Source of the DNA: Polymyxa betae A26-41 | Lineage: Eukaryota > Protista > Endomyxa: Phytomyxea | Direction of reading: 5' to 3' | Assembly: GCA_003693705.1 (NCBI GenBank) | Contig: RBZT01000594.1 | Location: forward strand, 16,968-80,967 | DNA: 64,000 bases | Part shown: piece by piece, positions 13,507-25,528 of the stretch | Position numbering within the stretch: the stretch's first letter is position 1 | Layout: every line of letters starts with the position of its first letter | Translations under genes and position numbers: made by a program | The notes under the pieces: model-generated | Database searches by the model: none | The model's input: the letters and a program-made list of their open reading frames with translations, nothing else | What the model was told of the DNA's origin: nothing

Positions 13507-15329
13507 TCAGAACCGCCTCTCGTTCTGGCTCCTGAACCGGTTGAACGACTCGTTGACGGCCTTGAACGTCTCTTCGGCGCGGAACCGCACTGCTGGCTTG
13601 CTGCTGATATGCTTATCGGGATGGATCTTGAGCAGAGTCCGCTTGTAGGACTTGGTGATCTCTTCAAACGTTGCATTAGCTGATAAATAACAGCTCTGTC
13701 CAGGTACTGCTCTGTTTACAGCATTTAATAGCCATCGAAGGCTACGATTCTTCTTCCAATCTTCCACCTCATCAATAATCTAAGAATGTTAGTTAATCGT
13801 TATCCAGATATCTTCTCTGATTTCAAACCGACCTGAGATCGAAGTTTGTCAACATTATCACGTTCTTGTCGTTCTTTCAATTCGATTTCTTTGATAGCTC
13901 GTATTTCCTGTGCCTTCCTGGTCAAAAGGTGAACAAGCTCACCACGCTCGAGACATTGCATCTCATGATTGTTCACACCCATCGTTCGAAGCTTGTCTTT
14001 TAGCTGACGAATTGGCCATGTAGCATATGGTGCTTCGCCCTGCGTATTATTGCTCACATAGGCCTGTGATGTTCTATCATGTTTTGGCTGCTGCTGCTGT
14101 TGAGGTCTATAATGGCGCCATTGGCTATCAACATCCTTCTGCATTCTCTCCCAGATCTTCTTAGCAGATTGTATCACATCTTCTGTACCTCGTTCCTGCT
14201 TCTGTTGTCGCTTCTTATCACGATCCCCCTTCTTTCTTAGCCGAACTTCCTCCTCGTAGAAGAATCGCTCCATCTTCGATAACGAACTCGTATCGATACA
14301 TTCACCTTCTCTTACGCGAGCTCGTATTTCAGCTTCAACTGCAGCGACTGCCTCCAACTCATTTCTGGCTTTCTCCTGCACCTTCTTAAGCTCCTCTTCT
14401 TGGCGAGATTCACCATGATCGTCTGGATCTCTATACTGATGATAGATCTCTTTCCTGCTATTTTTAGCTGGATCGTCTTCGCCCTTTCTATTCAACGATG
14501 CACTATTCCAGTGTTGTTCATCGCGTCGATTTCTGATCTCCTCCTGGACGACTTTTTCAACATCATGATTTCTATCTTCGTTATCGATATTCTTCTGCGA
14601 TCGTGGATATGATTGTTTCTGATGGCGAATTTCCTCGAACTTCTTTCGATCCGATGCCGTAGTTCTGACGGCATGCTTTGAAGGCTGGCACGCGTCATTA
14701 GAACGCCGAATCGGAACGGACCCGGCCGAAGCCGCTGCCGATCTGGTATCAGCAGCCAGACGTTTGAGGCGCTCTTTCAAAGAGCCATTATTGCGATTTC
14801 GTTCCGCTGCCGCCGTTGACTGCGGTGCTGTGCGACGCCCTTCACTATGCTTTTCCATGGCTTTACGTAAAAGGCGGTCGACTCGAGTAGCAGACGATTC
14901 CGCCGCGATCCGATGTCGTTTCGGAATCGCCAGAAAGTCGTCGCCTGCATTGAAACGATCCGAAGGAAGCGAATCCGGGAAGCTGTCGAAGGCACCCCAT
15001 CGACGCTGGCTTTTGGCGCGGATGGAATCTGCTCGGTTTTTCGCCTTTGTATATCGTCGTCGCCATTCGTTAACAACTCGACGGTATTGTATGGGAGATG
15101 CACGATCTGGGGGCGGAACCGACATGATCGGTGGCAACATCATATATCTGGCACGGCTCTCTTGATTTTCCAGTATGTACGCGCAACCGATCCGAAATCC
15201 AAAATCATTTTCCAGAAATAGGGCTACTTCGGCGCTGATATTTTTAGTATCACGTGGAAGAATTAGTCTCATAATTAATGAAGCGCTGCAGGTTCTACCC
15301 GATTCGAAAGGAAAGCTCTTACTGTGCAA
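13507..15329 (-). CDS. Protein with a C-terminal DnaJ (auxilin-like) domain; start uncertain; one intron near 13780-13830
   Basis: Last exon EEITKSYKRTLLKIHPDKH...RAEETFKAVNESFNRF with HPD motif, preceded by VEDWKKNRSLRWLL as in auxilin-type C-terminal J proteins. Confidence 0.75.
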
Positions 15330-16292
15330 TCCGATTGACAGCGGTATCCTACTCGCATGTTTCCAAACAGGAAGCGAACTCGTTCGCTATCTATGCATGG
15401 ATGATTGCAAACAGACAAAGTTTCAAAGAAACCTTGTTTAGGAGTTCGTCGAAGGAAATGAAAACCGTCCAAAACTTGCAAGTTCGCTTATGGCTCTCCC
15501 TTGCTGATGGCATCTAAAAAGGGATAAACGAAAAATCGGACGATCGCGTTGTGTTGCACTGGCACTTCTGCGGTGCTTTCCAAATTAGTTCTCAAGACAT
15601 GATTTATCTGATTTTTTTTTCTAAAATATGGATCCAAATGATCCGATACGAATTGTTGAGTTGTGTTTGAGTTCAATTAGAGCTCCAAAATATGATGGAA
15701 AGCAGAGTTGACGAGAGGCAGGGCGCTGAAACGAGTCGTTCGCGCCAGATTGATGCATCTGATCCCATGCGACAATGTTGTCATTGGGAATCGCTCATAA
15801 GACCTCGACATGGCGGTAATCGTGAGGTCGGTGCCGAATATGCAACTGGACTGTGTTTGCGGGACGTCGTCGAAGATGGCGAAGGGACGACTGGGCGGGT
15901 ATTCGGCTGTGCTCGCGTGTCGCTGAATTCGACGGAATCTGGAGATGGTGACTGCCATTTCAGATTGTGTGAGCCCAGACTCTTGAATGTAATACATTTA
16001 TACAGCAGCAATATTCCATCATGTATGGTGACCTATGTGACAAGCTTATAAGGAGTTGAGTGGACAGGCAAATGAGGCGATTCAGAAACTGATAGTCGCC
16101 TTGGTTTGATAATGGATGACGCAATCAAACCCTAACCCTAAAGCATCAAGGCACATGACATTGATTTGGACTCAGTGGAATCTGTGAATACGAAAACGAA
16201 CCATCCTATCTGCATTGGCCGTACTGGTCCATCATCATCATCATGATGGCAGGCGATGGTTCTGGTCCAGGTCGTCACAGACCGATCTCGTC

Positions 16293-17544
16293 ATGCCGGA
16301 CGATGTGCTCGTTATCGATCTTGGGAGCGGGGTGGTGAAGGCTGGCTGGGCCGGCGAGGATCAGCCGCGCTCGACTCAGCCCATGGCGGTGGCTCGCGTG
16401 CGTCGGGCGTCGGCAGCCCCGACCTCGAATGACGATCTGTTGACGGGCAACGACGCCATCCGATCGGTTGCCGATCATAGCCACGCCCTTGAGCTCATGT
16501 CACCTCTGGATCGCGGCGAGATCGTTGAATGGAACGCCGTCCAGCAGACTTTCGCCTCGATCTACGCTCACGATCTCGGCGGTGTTGATAGCTCTGCCTA
16601 TCCCGTCCTGATCACAGAATCACCATTCGCCAGTCCCAAGCAGCGAGAGAAGCTCGCCGATCTCCTGTTCCGGCACTTTCGTGCTCCCGCCATCCTCATC
16701 TATAATGCCGCCGTCCTGTCCCTCTGTATGGAAATGTGTCTTTTTAGTCAAATCCCCTAAAACCCTAATCGTGTAGTCTCATCCGGGTACGAGCCCCTGT
16801 CGGTTGGCGTCTGATGCTGATTGTTACAGATTGACGACGGGATTGGTGGTAGAATCGGGTGAGAGCAGCACCTATACTGTCCCTATATTTGAAGGTATCT
16901 TGAGAGACCTTAAAGCCACATCATCATAACCCTGAATCAGGTTATCCATTACGTCATGGGATCGATTCAATGGCGATCAGCGGTGTCGAGCTCACCCATC
17001 ACATGACGGCAGCGCTACAGAAGCCCGACCTGCGTCTGGACGTAGCGCGTGACATCAAGGAACGATTCGCAGCAGTCCGCGGCAACCAACATCACGTACT
17101 GGACCCGGTCCAGTACGAACTCCCAGATGGTAGATAGACAGACAGGGCGACGATATCTGACGATCTGTAGGGACGATGTTATCGATTCCGAACGAGGTCA
17201 GATATTCGACAGGTGAGATGCTGTTCCAGCAAGGCCTGCCGGATGTCGTGTTCAGATCTCTGGCGAAATGCGACTCGAACCTGCAGACGGCGATGCTGAG
17301 CCGGATCGTAACGGCGGGCGGTTCGACGTTGATGAGAGGATTCCATGATCGGTTCACGAGCGAGATTGAGACACGAGCTCATGAACTGTATCCAGGAGCA
17401 CAAGCAGCGGTCTTTGGGAAAAGGAAACATGCAGCATGGATGGGAGGATCTATGCTGGCATCACTCAGCACATTTACAGATCTGAAAATCACGCGACAGG
17501 AATTTGAAGATGGGGACGATATCGTTCATAAGAAGTATTTTTAA
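16293..17544 (+). CDS. Actin-related protein (divergent Arp), spliced, includes a 10-nt microexon
   Basis: VIDLGSGVVKAGWAGEDQP, PVLITESP, AVLSL|FSSG|LTTGLVVESG, YELPDG, GGSTL, AWMGGSMLASLSTF, IVHKKYF*. Confidence 0.9.
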
Positions 17545-17917
17545 CATATCCGAAAACAAATCGATATATTCTGACATACAGACAACCAATGCCTGAAATA
17601 CATGCAAATCTTTATTTTTTAGATGAAAGCTACTCTTGTTTCATTAACCGCAAATTAGTCCTAGATCCAGTTCGTGATTTTCTACGCCCCAACAAGAGCC
17701 CTCCATTCCCGAAAGACGAATCCAGAGCGATGTTCAAAGTCAAAAGCAAAAACTACGAACATCACTGCGAAATCGCAGGCCAATGAAGCCCTGCAACCGA
17801 ACAAGCAATCTTAATCCGGATCCCAATGGGGCTTCAAGAGGTATCCTCTCACAATGCACTTCATTGGGATTCGAACAGATACACGATTTATTGTTGAACA
17901 ACAACGCCAGACGACAT

Positions 17918-18758
17918 TTACTGAGAAGCCAGAGAGACCAACTCCTTCTTCTTTTCACCTGAGCAACCACACAATCAGACCAGTACGACCGCAGATTCAG
18001 CAATATCGGTTACGTTCGAGCTTGTTGAGCTTAGCGGTGGCTTTAACACCGAGGTGGTGCTTGCCCCATTTACGGAACGAATCGGTGTTGTTGTTGAACT
18101 TCTCCAAGCAGGATCGGGTCAGCTGATCCAGAGCGCCGACGTCCTCTTTGCGAACATCGGTAACGGCCAGGCAGGTGGCGGTCTTCTGGTGGACCAGCAT
18201 TCCCAATCGAGCCATTCCCTTAACAATACAGTAGGGGATGTTCTTAGCACGGCACAAGGCGGGCAACCAGATGACGAGCTCGATGGGGTCAACATCGTGA
18301 GCGATCACGACGAGCTTAGCCTTGTTCTTCTCGATCAGAGACGTAACATGGTTCAGACCGAACTTGATGAATTTCGGCTTCTTGGATTCAGCGTTGACAC
18401 CGGCAGCGACCTTCTCGGCGACGGCTTTGAGACGCTGACGCTTCTCCGGGCGAGTCTCAGGGCGGTACTTGGACAGAAGCTTGAAGAGGGTGGTGGCCCC
18501 AGCCTTGTCCATGGTGTTGGTGAAGTGGTTCACAGAAGGAGGAGCTTTCAATCGCTGCTTCAGGATAGCACGCTGACGCTGGATACGGATGTATCGGGGC
18601 CATTTCACATAGCGACCAAGATCACGCTTTGGCTTCAGATCACCACCAATACGGAATTGACGAGGACGAGAGATGAACAGGTGAGAGTGCTGCTCATGGA
18701 AGGTGGATGGAGCCGGGGCGGAAGCGGAAGCGCCGGTGCTCTTCTTGGCCTGGGACAT
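17918..18758 (-). CDS. RPL7A: 60S ribosomal protein L7a (eL8); one intron near the 3' end
   Basis: KRDLGRYVKWPRYIRIQRQRAIL, AHDVDPIELVIWLPALCR. Intron ~18013-17959 gives C-terminus LEREKKKELVSLASQ*. Confidence 0.97.
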
Positions 18759-18988
18759 GATGACAAACGGGGTGTGAAGACAACGATGGGGCCGGGATTC
18801 GAGAGACGCAGTCCGCCACGGACTCAATCCAGAATATATGAGATCGCGCTAAACCTTGTCTGCATCCACCGAAACACGATTTAAAAAATCCGCCTTTGTG
18901 TAGGAAAAAAACAGAATTTTTTTTCTGCGCGACTGACCCACCACGGACTTTTCTCACGAGGAAATCGTCGTGTTTTTTCAGTTAAATC

Positions 18989-19528
18989 ATGGCGAAAAAG
19001 AGCAGCAGGAGAGCACGTCTGGGCGCAGCTTCGACGGCGAACAGGCGGAATCGTCTAAAGCGGAAGCTGAAGAAGAGCGAAGACGCGCGTCCGCTTCTAT
19101 GTGGCTCCTTGATTGTGCAGAATTGGGACAAGAACCTGAGCCTGGCTGAGAACTACAAACGGCTCGGATTATGCCAGGACCCAAACAAAGATTCGCTGCT
19201 GAAAATCGCCCGGAATCAGAAGAAGAAACTTTCTCAGCCCGTAGACGAAGCCATGACTGACGAATCATCATCGGATGAGGAAACGTCGGAAGAAGCCAAC
19301 CCGATCAAAGCGAAATTGCAAGAGATGGCCGCGAATCCTCCCAAATTAGTCAGTACGATGCCGAAATCAATGCCAATCCAGGAGCAATCCATGATGGCGG
19401 CGCTGGTGAAGAAATACGGCGATAACGTGGAGGCAATGTCTCGCGATATTAAGCTGAACAGACTCCAGAAGACGAGCGCCCAGCTGCGATCTCGTCTGCA
19501 GCTCTATCAACAGCTTCAATCCCTCTAA
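18989..19528 (+). CDS. NOP16: Nucleolar protein 16 (60S biogenesis factor)
   Basis: NWDKNLSLAENYKRLGL and LVKKYGDNVEAMSRDIKLNRLQKT, the two conserved Nop16 blocks. Confidence 0.9.
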   Translation: MAKKSSRRARLGAASTANRRNRLKRKLKKSEDARPLLCGSLIVQNWDKNLSLAENYKRLGLCQDPNKDSLLKIARNQKKKLSQPVDEAMTDESSSDEETSEEANPIKAKLQEMAANPPKLVSTMPKSMPIQEQSMMAALVKKYGDNVEAMSRDIKLNRLQKTSAQLRSRLQLYQQLQSL

Positions 19529-19710
19529 TTATGTAAACGCGCGCTCCGTCGTCGCCGCCATTTGTGCATCTTGTGAACAATGTTTATTGTGTCAATGGCG
19601 GCTCATATAGATCAACAGAGACGGACGAAACTGTCGCGCTGCTTCCGGCATACAGTTCCCCAGCAAACTGAGCAGCGAAACAGTAGTGTTTTGGAGACAA
19701 TTTGGGGCAA

Positions 19711-20795
19711 TTACAGGAAATATTCGGGTACAGGTTTTTTGACAGGAATACCCCTAACTTCGGGTGGCGCCGCATCGAAGATCTTGAACTGCGCCTTGCG
19801 ATGTTCGTCGAGCTCGAGAATGGCGGCGACATTGCCGCATCGGTAGCAGTAGTTGGGCGCCGACCAAACAGTTACGAGCGTCGAATCGAACATGTATTTG
19901 TAGCCCTCCATGACGAGCTGATGCGCACGACAGATCAGATCGATACCGTTTGTATAGTTGAATTGTTTGACGACGCTGCCGCCGAATAGGTAGCCGGCAC
20001 CACGAGGTGATAGGCCCCAGCCTTCAATATCTTCTGGATCCGACCACATTAGATCACACATTGCTCCATCATGGGGAACCTAACAAGCACCAGCTTAATT
20101 CACGGCTAACAACCGACATATGAAATTTGCAATCTCGAAAAGTCAAAGGAATCTTGAGTACAAGAAATTTGAAAGATTTAAAGCAATGTGTCGTACTTCC
20201 TGCTTGCGGTCCAGAAGGCGAATCTGATCGAGTGTGTTAACAGATGGAGATAGACCACCATGAACACAGAAGATGCGATCTTCAACGAGAGCAGACAGCG
20301 ATAGATAGTCGAAGATCTCGGTACAGTATCGCCAGACGTTAACGCTACCATACTTCCTCAAGCATTCGTCATAGAAACCGTAGACCTGGGTGATTTGACG
20401 AGATTCATGATTGCCACGAATCAGCGTGATTCTATCAGGATGACGAGCTTTTAACGCCAATAGCAATTGAAACGTCTCGACCGAATAAAACCCTCGGTCG
20501 ACGAAATCGCCCATGAAGAGGTAATTCGTATCGGGTACGTCAGAGCCGACCTGCCAAGAGTTGTAAGAAACAGAGAAATGTTTTCACTTTGTGCATAAAT
20601 TACTTTGAAAAGCTCTTTAAGATCATAAAATTGTCCATGAATATCACCACAGATGGTGACCGGGCAGTCGATACGCTGCACGTTCGACTCCTCCATCAGA
20701 ATCTCCATGACACGTTCGCAGAGCTCCTTGACCTCCGACTCCTTTAAATATTCGCATCGTCGTAGACGCTCAATCTGGGCGTCCAGGGACGACAT
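19711..20795 (-). CDS. PPP4C: Ser/Thr protein phosphatase 4 catalytic subunit (PP2A family); 2 introns
   Basis: [50 protein letters not shown]; C-terminal EYFL. Confidence 0.92.
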
Positions 20796-21234
20796 GGTCG
20801 GTTAGGCGGCGACGGTGTTGGTCGGTTGTCGCTTGGTCTCCGCTTCCGACAGTCGAATAAAAACAACAAATCAAAAAGTGATTTTATGTGCGACTGGGGT
20901 GGCGCAGCCTCATTGAGTGAGAGCGCGACCTGCAGAACGCGGCCTCTTCCTCTTCTTGATAGACGCATCCAGGGTGTCTCCATCGACTCATTGTGAATTC
21001 TAAAAGGCGATTCGCAATTGTCGTGTATCTGGGTTGTCTTGAATCCCGGTAGAATGTCGGTGATTTACGACGCCAACATCACACGTAGATTGATTGAAGG
21101 ACCGCGAGACACTGCCGGCTGAGTAATGTCGTCTGTGTAAAGGCGTCCTCCTATATTCCGAATACAGCACATATACACATTGTTGTTTATCTTTATTTAC
21201 AGAGCTGCACCAGTACAATGTTTGCTTCTCAATA

Positions 21235-23660
21235 TTATGGGCGTCCTGCATCTAACTGAATTCCTTTAAACTGAGAGAAATCGAAAAACGTCTGCATTCT
21301 GGACTCCACGATCAGTTTTTTCCGATTTCTCATCAGTATCGATTTAACTTCGGCATCAACCATCCAGCCGATCCTTAACGGCCTTCCCTACATTACAGAA
21401 TAAACTTTTGTTGCTTTAACACTGTCGGCCGCAGCTTACTCTCAGACACCTTCCAACCAGGGACCGATAAGCAGCCAATGCATCAGTATGGTGATTAAAC
21501 AGCATCACGAGCGAGCCTGAAAATCCCATCAGTCTAAAGGCTGCAAATCGTCATCGGCTTTACCTCGGCCGATATTGATGTAATCGGTTTGTATGCATGA
21601 TTGAATTTCGGGAAATGATTCAATCGAGCACAGCAGCTTATGAAACTCGGTTTCAACACTATAACCACAGACTTCTATCGGAATGTTGCCGACAAACAAC
21701 GCAGACGGCGCCCACGACGTTCGACATTGTCGAAATACGGTTTTGCATTGCGCATCGTGGACGATCTTATCCTACCAGCCTGCTATTCAGTTTCGCCTGC
21801 TTTCAAACTAATTGAGCATTACCTCCATAGCGACCCCGAAGATACGAATTGCATGATCGAGAGCTCTCTCTACAGATCGTTCGTCTTCAAAGTACACAGC
21901 AGCATAAAGGCGCGAATCGGGAATCGGCTTCGGTTTCAGACGGGATTTCTTCGTGGCCAAGTTCCGTTTAGGACGCTGCTCATCGACGACAACAACGGCG
22001 TCTTCATGGATCGTTGCAGCTTCGATCACTTCATCAACCTCGGTCTCATCGGTGTTATCGTCGAGATTCAGGGGTTTAGGCAACGCAGGTAGGACAGGCG
22101 GCTGCAGATTCAGCGGACGTCTGGCAATCCTCTCTTTAAAGAGTTCCACGGCCACCACTTTACCAATTGAATGAAACGATTTTCTAATGTCATCCTTAGA
22201 CCGTATCAGAAGATCCGACCACCAATCATTCAACTGGCTTACAAGAGTAACATCCAAAGGAAGATTATCCACAAAGATTTTGTGTCGGAATTCTTCTTTA
22301 TGATAGAACACATTCCTGTAGCAGAAGGTTAGAAATAAGAAACAGGAATGTTCACTTCAATGTTTACGAAGCCAAGATAGGGTTATTAGTCCATTCGCCA
22401 CTGAGCATTTCTAATCGATAGACCTCGATTTTGTTAAACACCATCCTGGCTTTCTCGAGATCCTGAACAATCATTTGAGTCGTCTTAACAATGTAGGAAA
22501 CAGGTCAGAAACCTCCACTTCGATGACAGGGGCGAACAGTTTGAAATCATCCAGGAATTGAGGATCGTTTTCCACTATTAACAAGTAAATAAAACGTGAA
22601 AGATGGAATGTGATCGGATACCAAGAGCATGACGAAGCTTGTGAAGATACTGACGAAAGTCAGTTAATGTGAAGAGGTCGTGCTCGCCTCCAGCTCGACC
22701 CTCCCTTTTGCTTTGCAATTGATAGATTGCTTTTGCAACAGTTATGTATCTAAATTAGGCTCTCAGGTGAAATCAACCATCCAATGGCAAATGGGAATCA
22801 CGTTTGTTCGGAAAGTGACGAAGCAACACGATTCAGGAAATCATGGTACGTTTGCTTGACCTTGGGATCAGATAAATCTGGGATTTCTTTTGGCTCAATA
22901 ACACTATTCGAAAGCAAATAAAAATGGCAGTCTGAGATGAAGATCATGACACCTACGGGGCGGGTGCTGGAATTAACTCGATATGGAGAGCTCGGATTTG
23001 GAGCAAATACTTATAAAATCCATAAAAACAGGACGGGACTCGAGTCTCTCCTGAAATTCCACTTAGACAATGCAACTGATTACAGAATCAGCTTCGTACC
23101 CAAGAAACTTCTTATTCGAGTGAGATAATTACAAGCGAGGTCGTAATGGACAGGACTAATGCCAGCATCGATATGTTCTTGGCGTTTTCTCTCCAACCAG
23201 GCGGTCTTTTTCATAATTTGCCTGATAATCGAGGGCGGCATTTCAGTAGACGAGAGCCGTTCTGCAAACTTAGAGAGCGTCGCGAATCTCTCGTCATCGC
23301 TGATTTTCGCATCAGGGAAGAAATCGCGACGTAATCGTTGAAGATCGACTTCAAGACGAGCCTGCTCTAGCGATTGTATTGGAACATCGGGCATCATATC
23401 ATTCATAGTCGAAGACAGATGATGGGCTCCAGCCTCGCTGAGCACCCTCTCAATCCTTCTCTGTAATATTCCTTGATCAACTTGTCCACGACTTCTCAAC
23501 GCTACAAAAAGGCGCTTGTAAAGCGGGTTCGGCAGACAGGTCACGAGGCGGGTCAGAAAGGCGTGCTGCTTTGTGGCTGGGAGCAGCAGCGTTGCAGGAG
23601 CTCGAAAACCCGCCGGCATCGCTGTCGTCGAGACTAAGACGCTCACAGCTCACTGTTCAT
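21235..23660 (-). CDS. Multi-exon RRM-containing protein of unknown function; start approximate
   Basis: KIFVDNLP (RNP2-like) and YAAVYFEDERSVERAL (RNP1-like); exons joined by short GT-AG introns; stop TAA at 21235-21237. Confidence 0.55.
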
Positions 23661-23913
23661 GGCAATCCGTACGGCAGCAGCTGCATTATTCGAACCATTT
23701 TTGCAGGAGCCCTCACGGGCGCAGTAAACAATTGCGCTACTGTTTTCAACAAAACTGCGTTGAAATTAGTTAGCCAAGTGTCGCGCATTCAAAATCTTTA
23801 TCAGACGTTTTTGCTAAACTGCGCTGTACTTTTCAAGATGCGTAACGAAAACTTTCGAATTTTCAGCCCGGACCCCGCGACCATCTCGCGATTGCCAATC
23901 CCAGCGCCCGACC

Positions 23914-25422
23914 ATGGACGAACGCGTCCCAATCCCGACCTCACGAGCGACCAGCGAGACCGCCTTCATCAAACGTGTCGTGACTGTGGCCCTTGGTGAT
24001 GTTTGTGGAAATGTCGCCAATCGTCTTGCTCAGCACGGCCCGCAAACCGTTGCCCAGATCGCTCGTGCTTTGTCCATAACCCAGAAAGACACGACATTGG
24101 CGCTGAAATCGCTGGTCCAGCACGGGTTCGTCGTCGGTGGTGGTGATCGTGGTGCTATGGACCTTGATCGGGTTACGATTTCGTCGAGCATCTTGGCTCC
24201 GGCTTATGTCGTCTACGTCGGCGATGTATTCGGTGTCGAGGCCGAGGTCATCGTCGAATTTCTCAGCGAGCACGGTCGCTTAACCGGAGCCACATTAAGC
24301 GCTCTATTCTCAACGTCGCAGCAAAATGCTACTCCTGCTCAACTGGACCGTTTTATGGAGAGCTGTAATGAGCTGTTAGAGAAGAGCTTCCTGCGTCGTG
24401 TGCCTCCTGTTGAGGTTGAAGGCGGCGTAAAAATGGACGAAGACACATCTTTATCTGCCACGAACAATGATGTTGTCGTCGCTCTGGATCACGAAACCTT
24501 CCGTCGTGCTTTAAGAAATCAGCTTATCGTCAACTATGTTAATAACCGGCTAGATCAGACAGCCGGTATTGTCTGCAAATCGATGCTATCAGCCGCAAAG
24601 AAGGATAACCTTGATCCGCCTGAATTCACAGAGATGGCGCTCTTTGACTATCTGCCAAGCGATGCGAAGATCACTCGCTCTCAGCTCAGACAGACCTTGT
24701 TGGAGATGCTCAATGACAATATCCCTATTGTCGAAATCAAGGTTTTGGCTTTGTTGAGCGATTCTGTTTTACTAAAAGCATCCATAGGAATCGGTGTCTT
24801 GTGGTGAGGTCTACGCTGTTCGAGTCGCTGCTCTAATTGACGAATTGCGAAGACGTCATGCCCAAGCGATCGTTCGTGCGAAGGTGCCATCCTCTTAGTG
24901 CTTGGGTCGTGATCTGAGCGTCTCTTGCTTAGTTTGGTGACGAAGCTGCCAGAATTTTTATGCTGCTTTTAGACAAGCATCAGCTTGAAGAGAAGGCCAT
25001 TTCAGAATTTAGTCTCATCTCTAAAAAACAAGCAAGGTTTTTACAATCCCAACAATGTTGCATCCCCTTCCTTATTCATTTTCAGAACCAACCTGTATGC
25101 TATGATGCAGTCTGAATTCATCGCGCTACAGGAACTGCCTAAAAGTGCAGATCGTAATCCCCAGAGGACTCTTTTCCTGTGGTCTGTACCAATCAATCGG
25201 CTGTTTGCTAATGTACGCTCCTCTCTTCGTCAAGCTTGGATCAATTTACAGCTTCGATTGGAGCATGAGACAAAGGCAGCTGCGGCTGTCGTTGCCCGTG
25301 TTCGTGATGGAACTGCTAACCAGGCCGACCAGACTGAATACCAAAAGTTTACTAAGATACAAGACCGACTCGTGGATGCATCCTGCAGGATATTATACGA
25401 CATCATATTGTTCGACTCATAA
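23914..25422 (+). CDS. POLR3C: RNA polymerase III subunit C3 (RPC62/RPC82)
   Basis: N-terminal winged helix (LAQHGPQTVAQIAR...LKSLVQHG); C-terminal LQELPKSADRNPQRTLFLWSV. Confidence 0.85.
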
Positions 25423-25528
25423 TGCTGATGTTCCTGAACCATAATTTTCGCCATATATCTATTCAGTTATATTGTACATTTACTGGATAATAGCTAACGC
25501 AATGAATAAACATACTACAAGTATTTGT

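Noticed and set aside
15440-16060. Short overlapping ORFs between the J-protein and Arp genes
   Set aside because: No motif, no consistent exon chain and no strand preference that I can support.
16127-16142. Telomerase RNA template or true telomere
   Set aside because: Only about two imperfect units, with no supporting pseudoknot or long array; treated as a telo-box-like motif.
17690-17845. RNase MRP RNA (CAATGGGGCTT resembles CR-V)
   Set aside because: No GAAAGUCCCC-type CR-I with the bulged U at a suitable distance; G-U pairs favour the other strand. Kept only as an unassigned structure.
18054-18884. 276-aa ORF antisense to RPL7A
   Set aside because: Shadow ORF expected from the strong codon bias of a highly expressed gene; no protein-like features.
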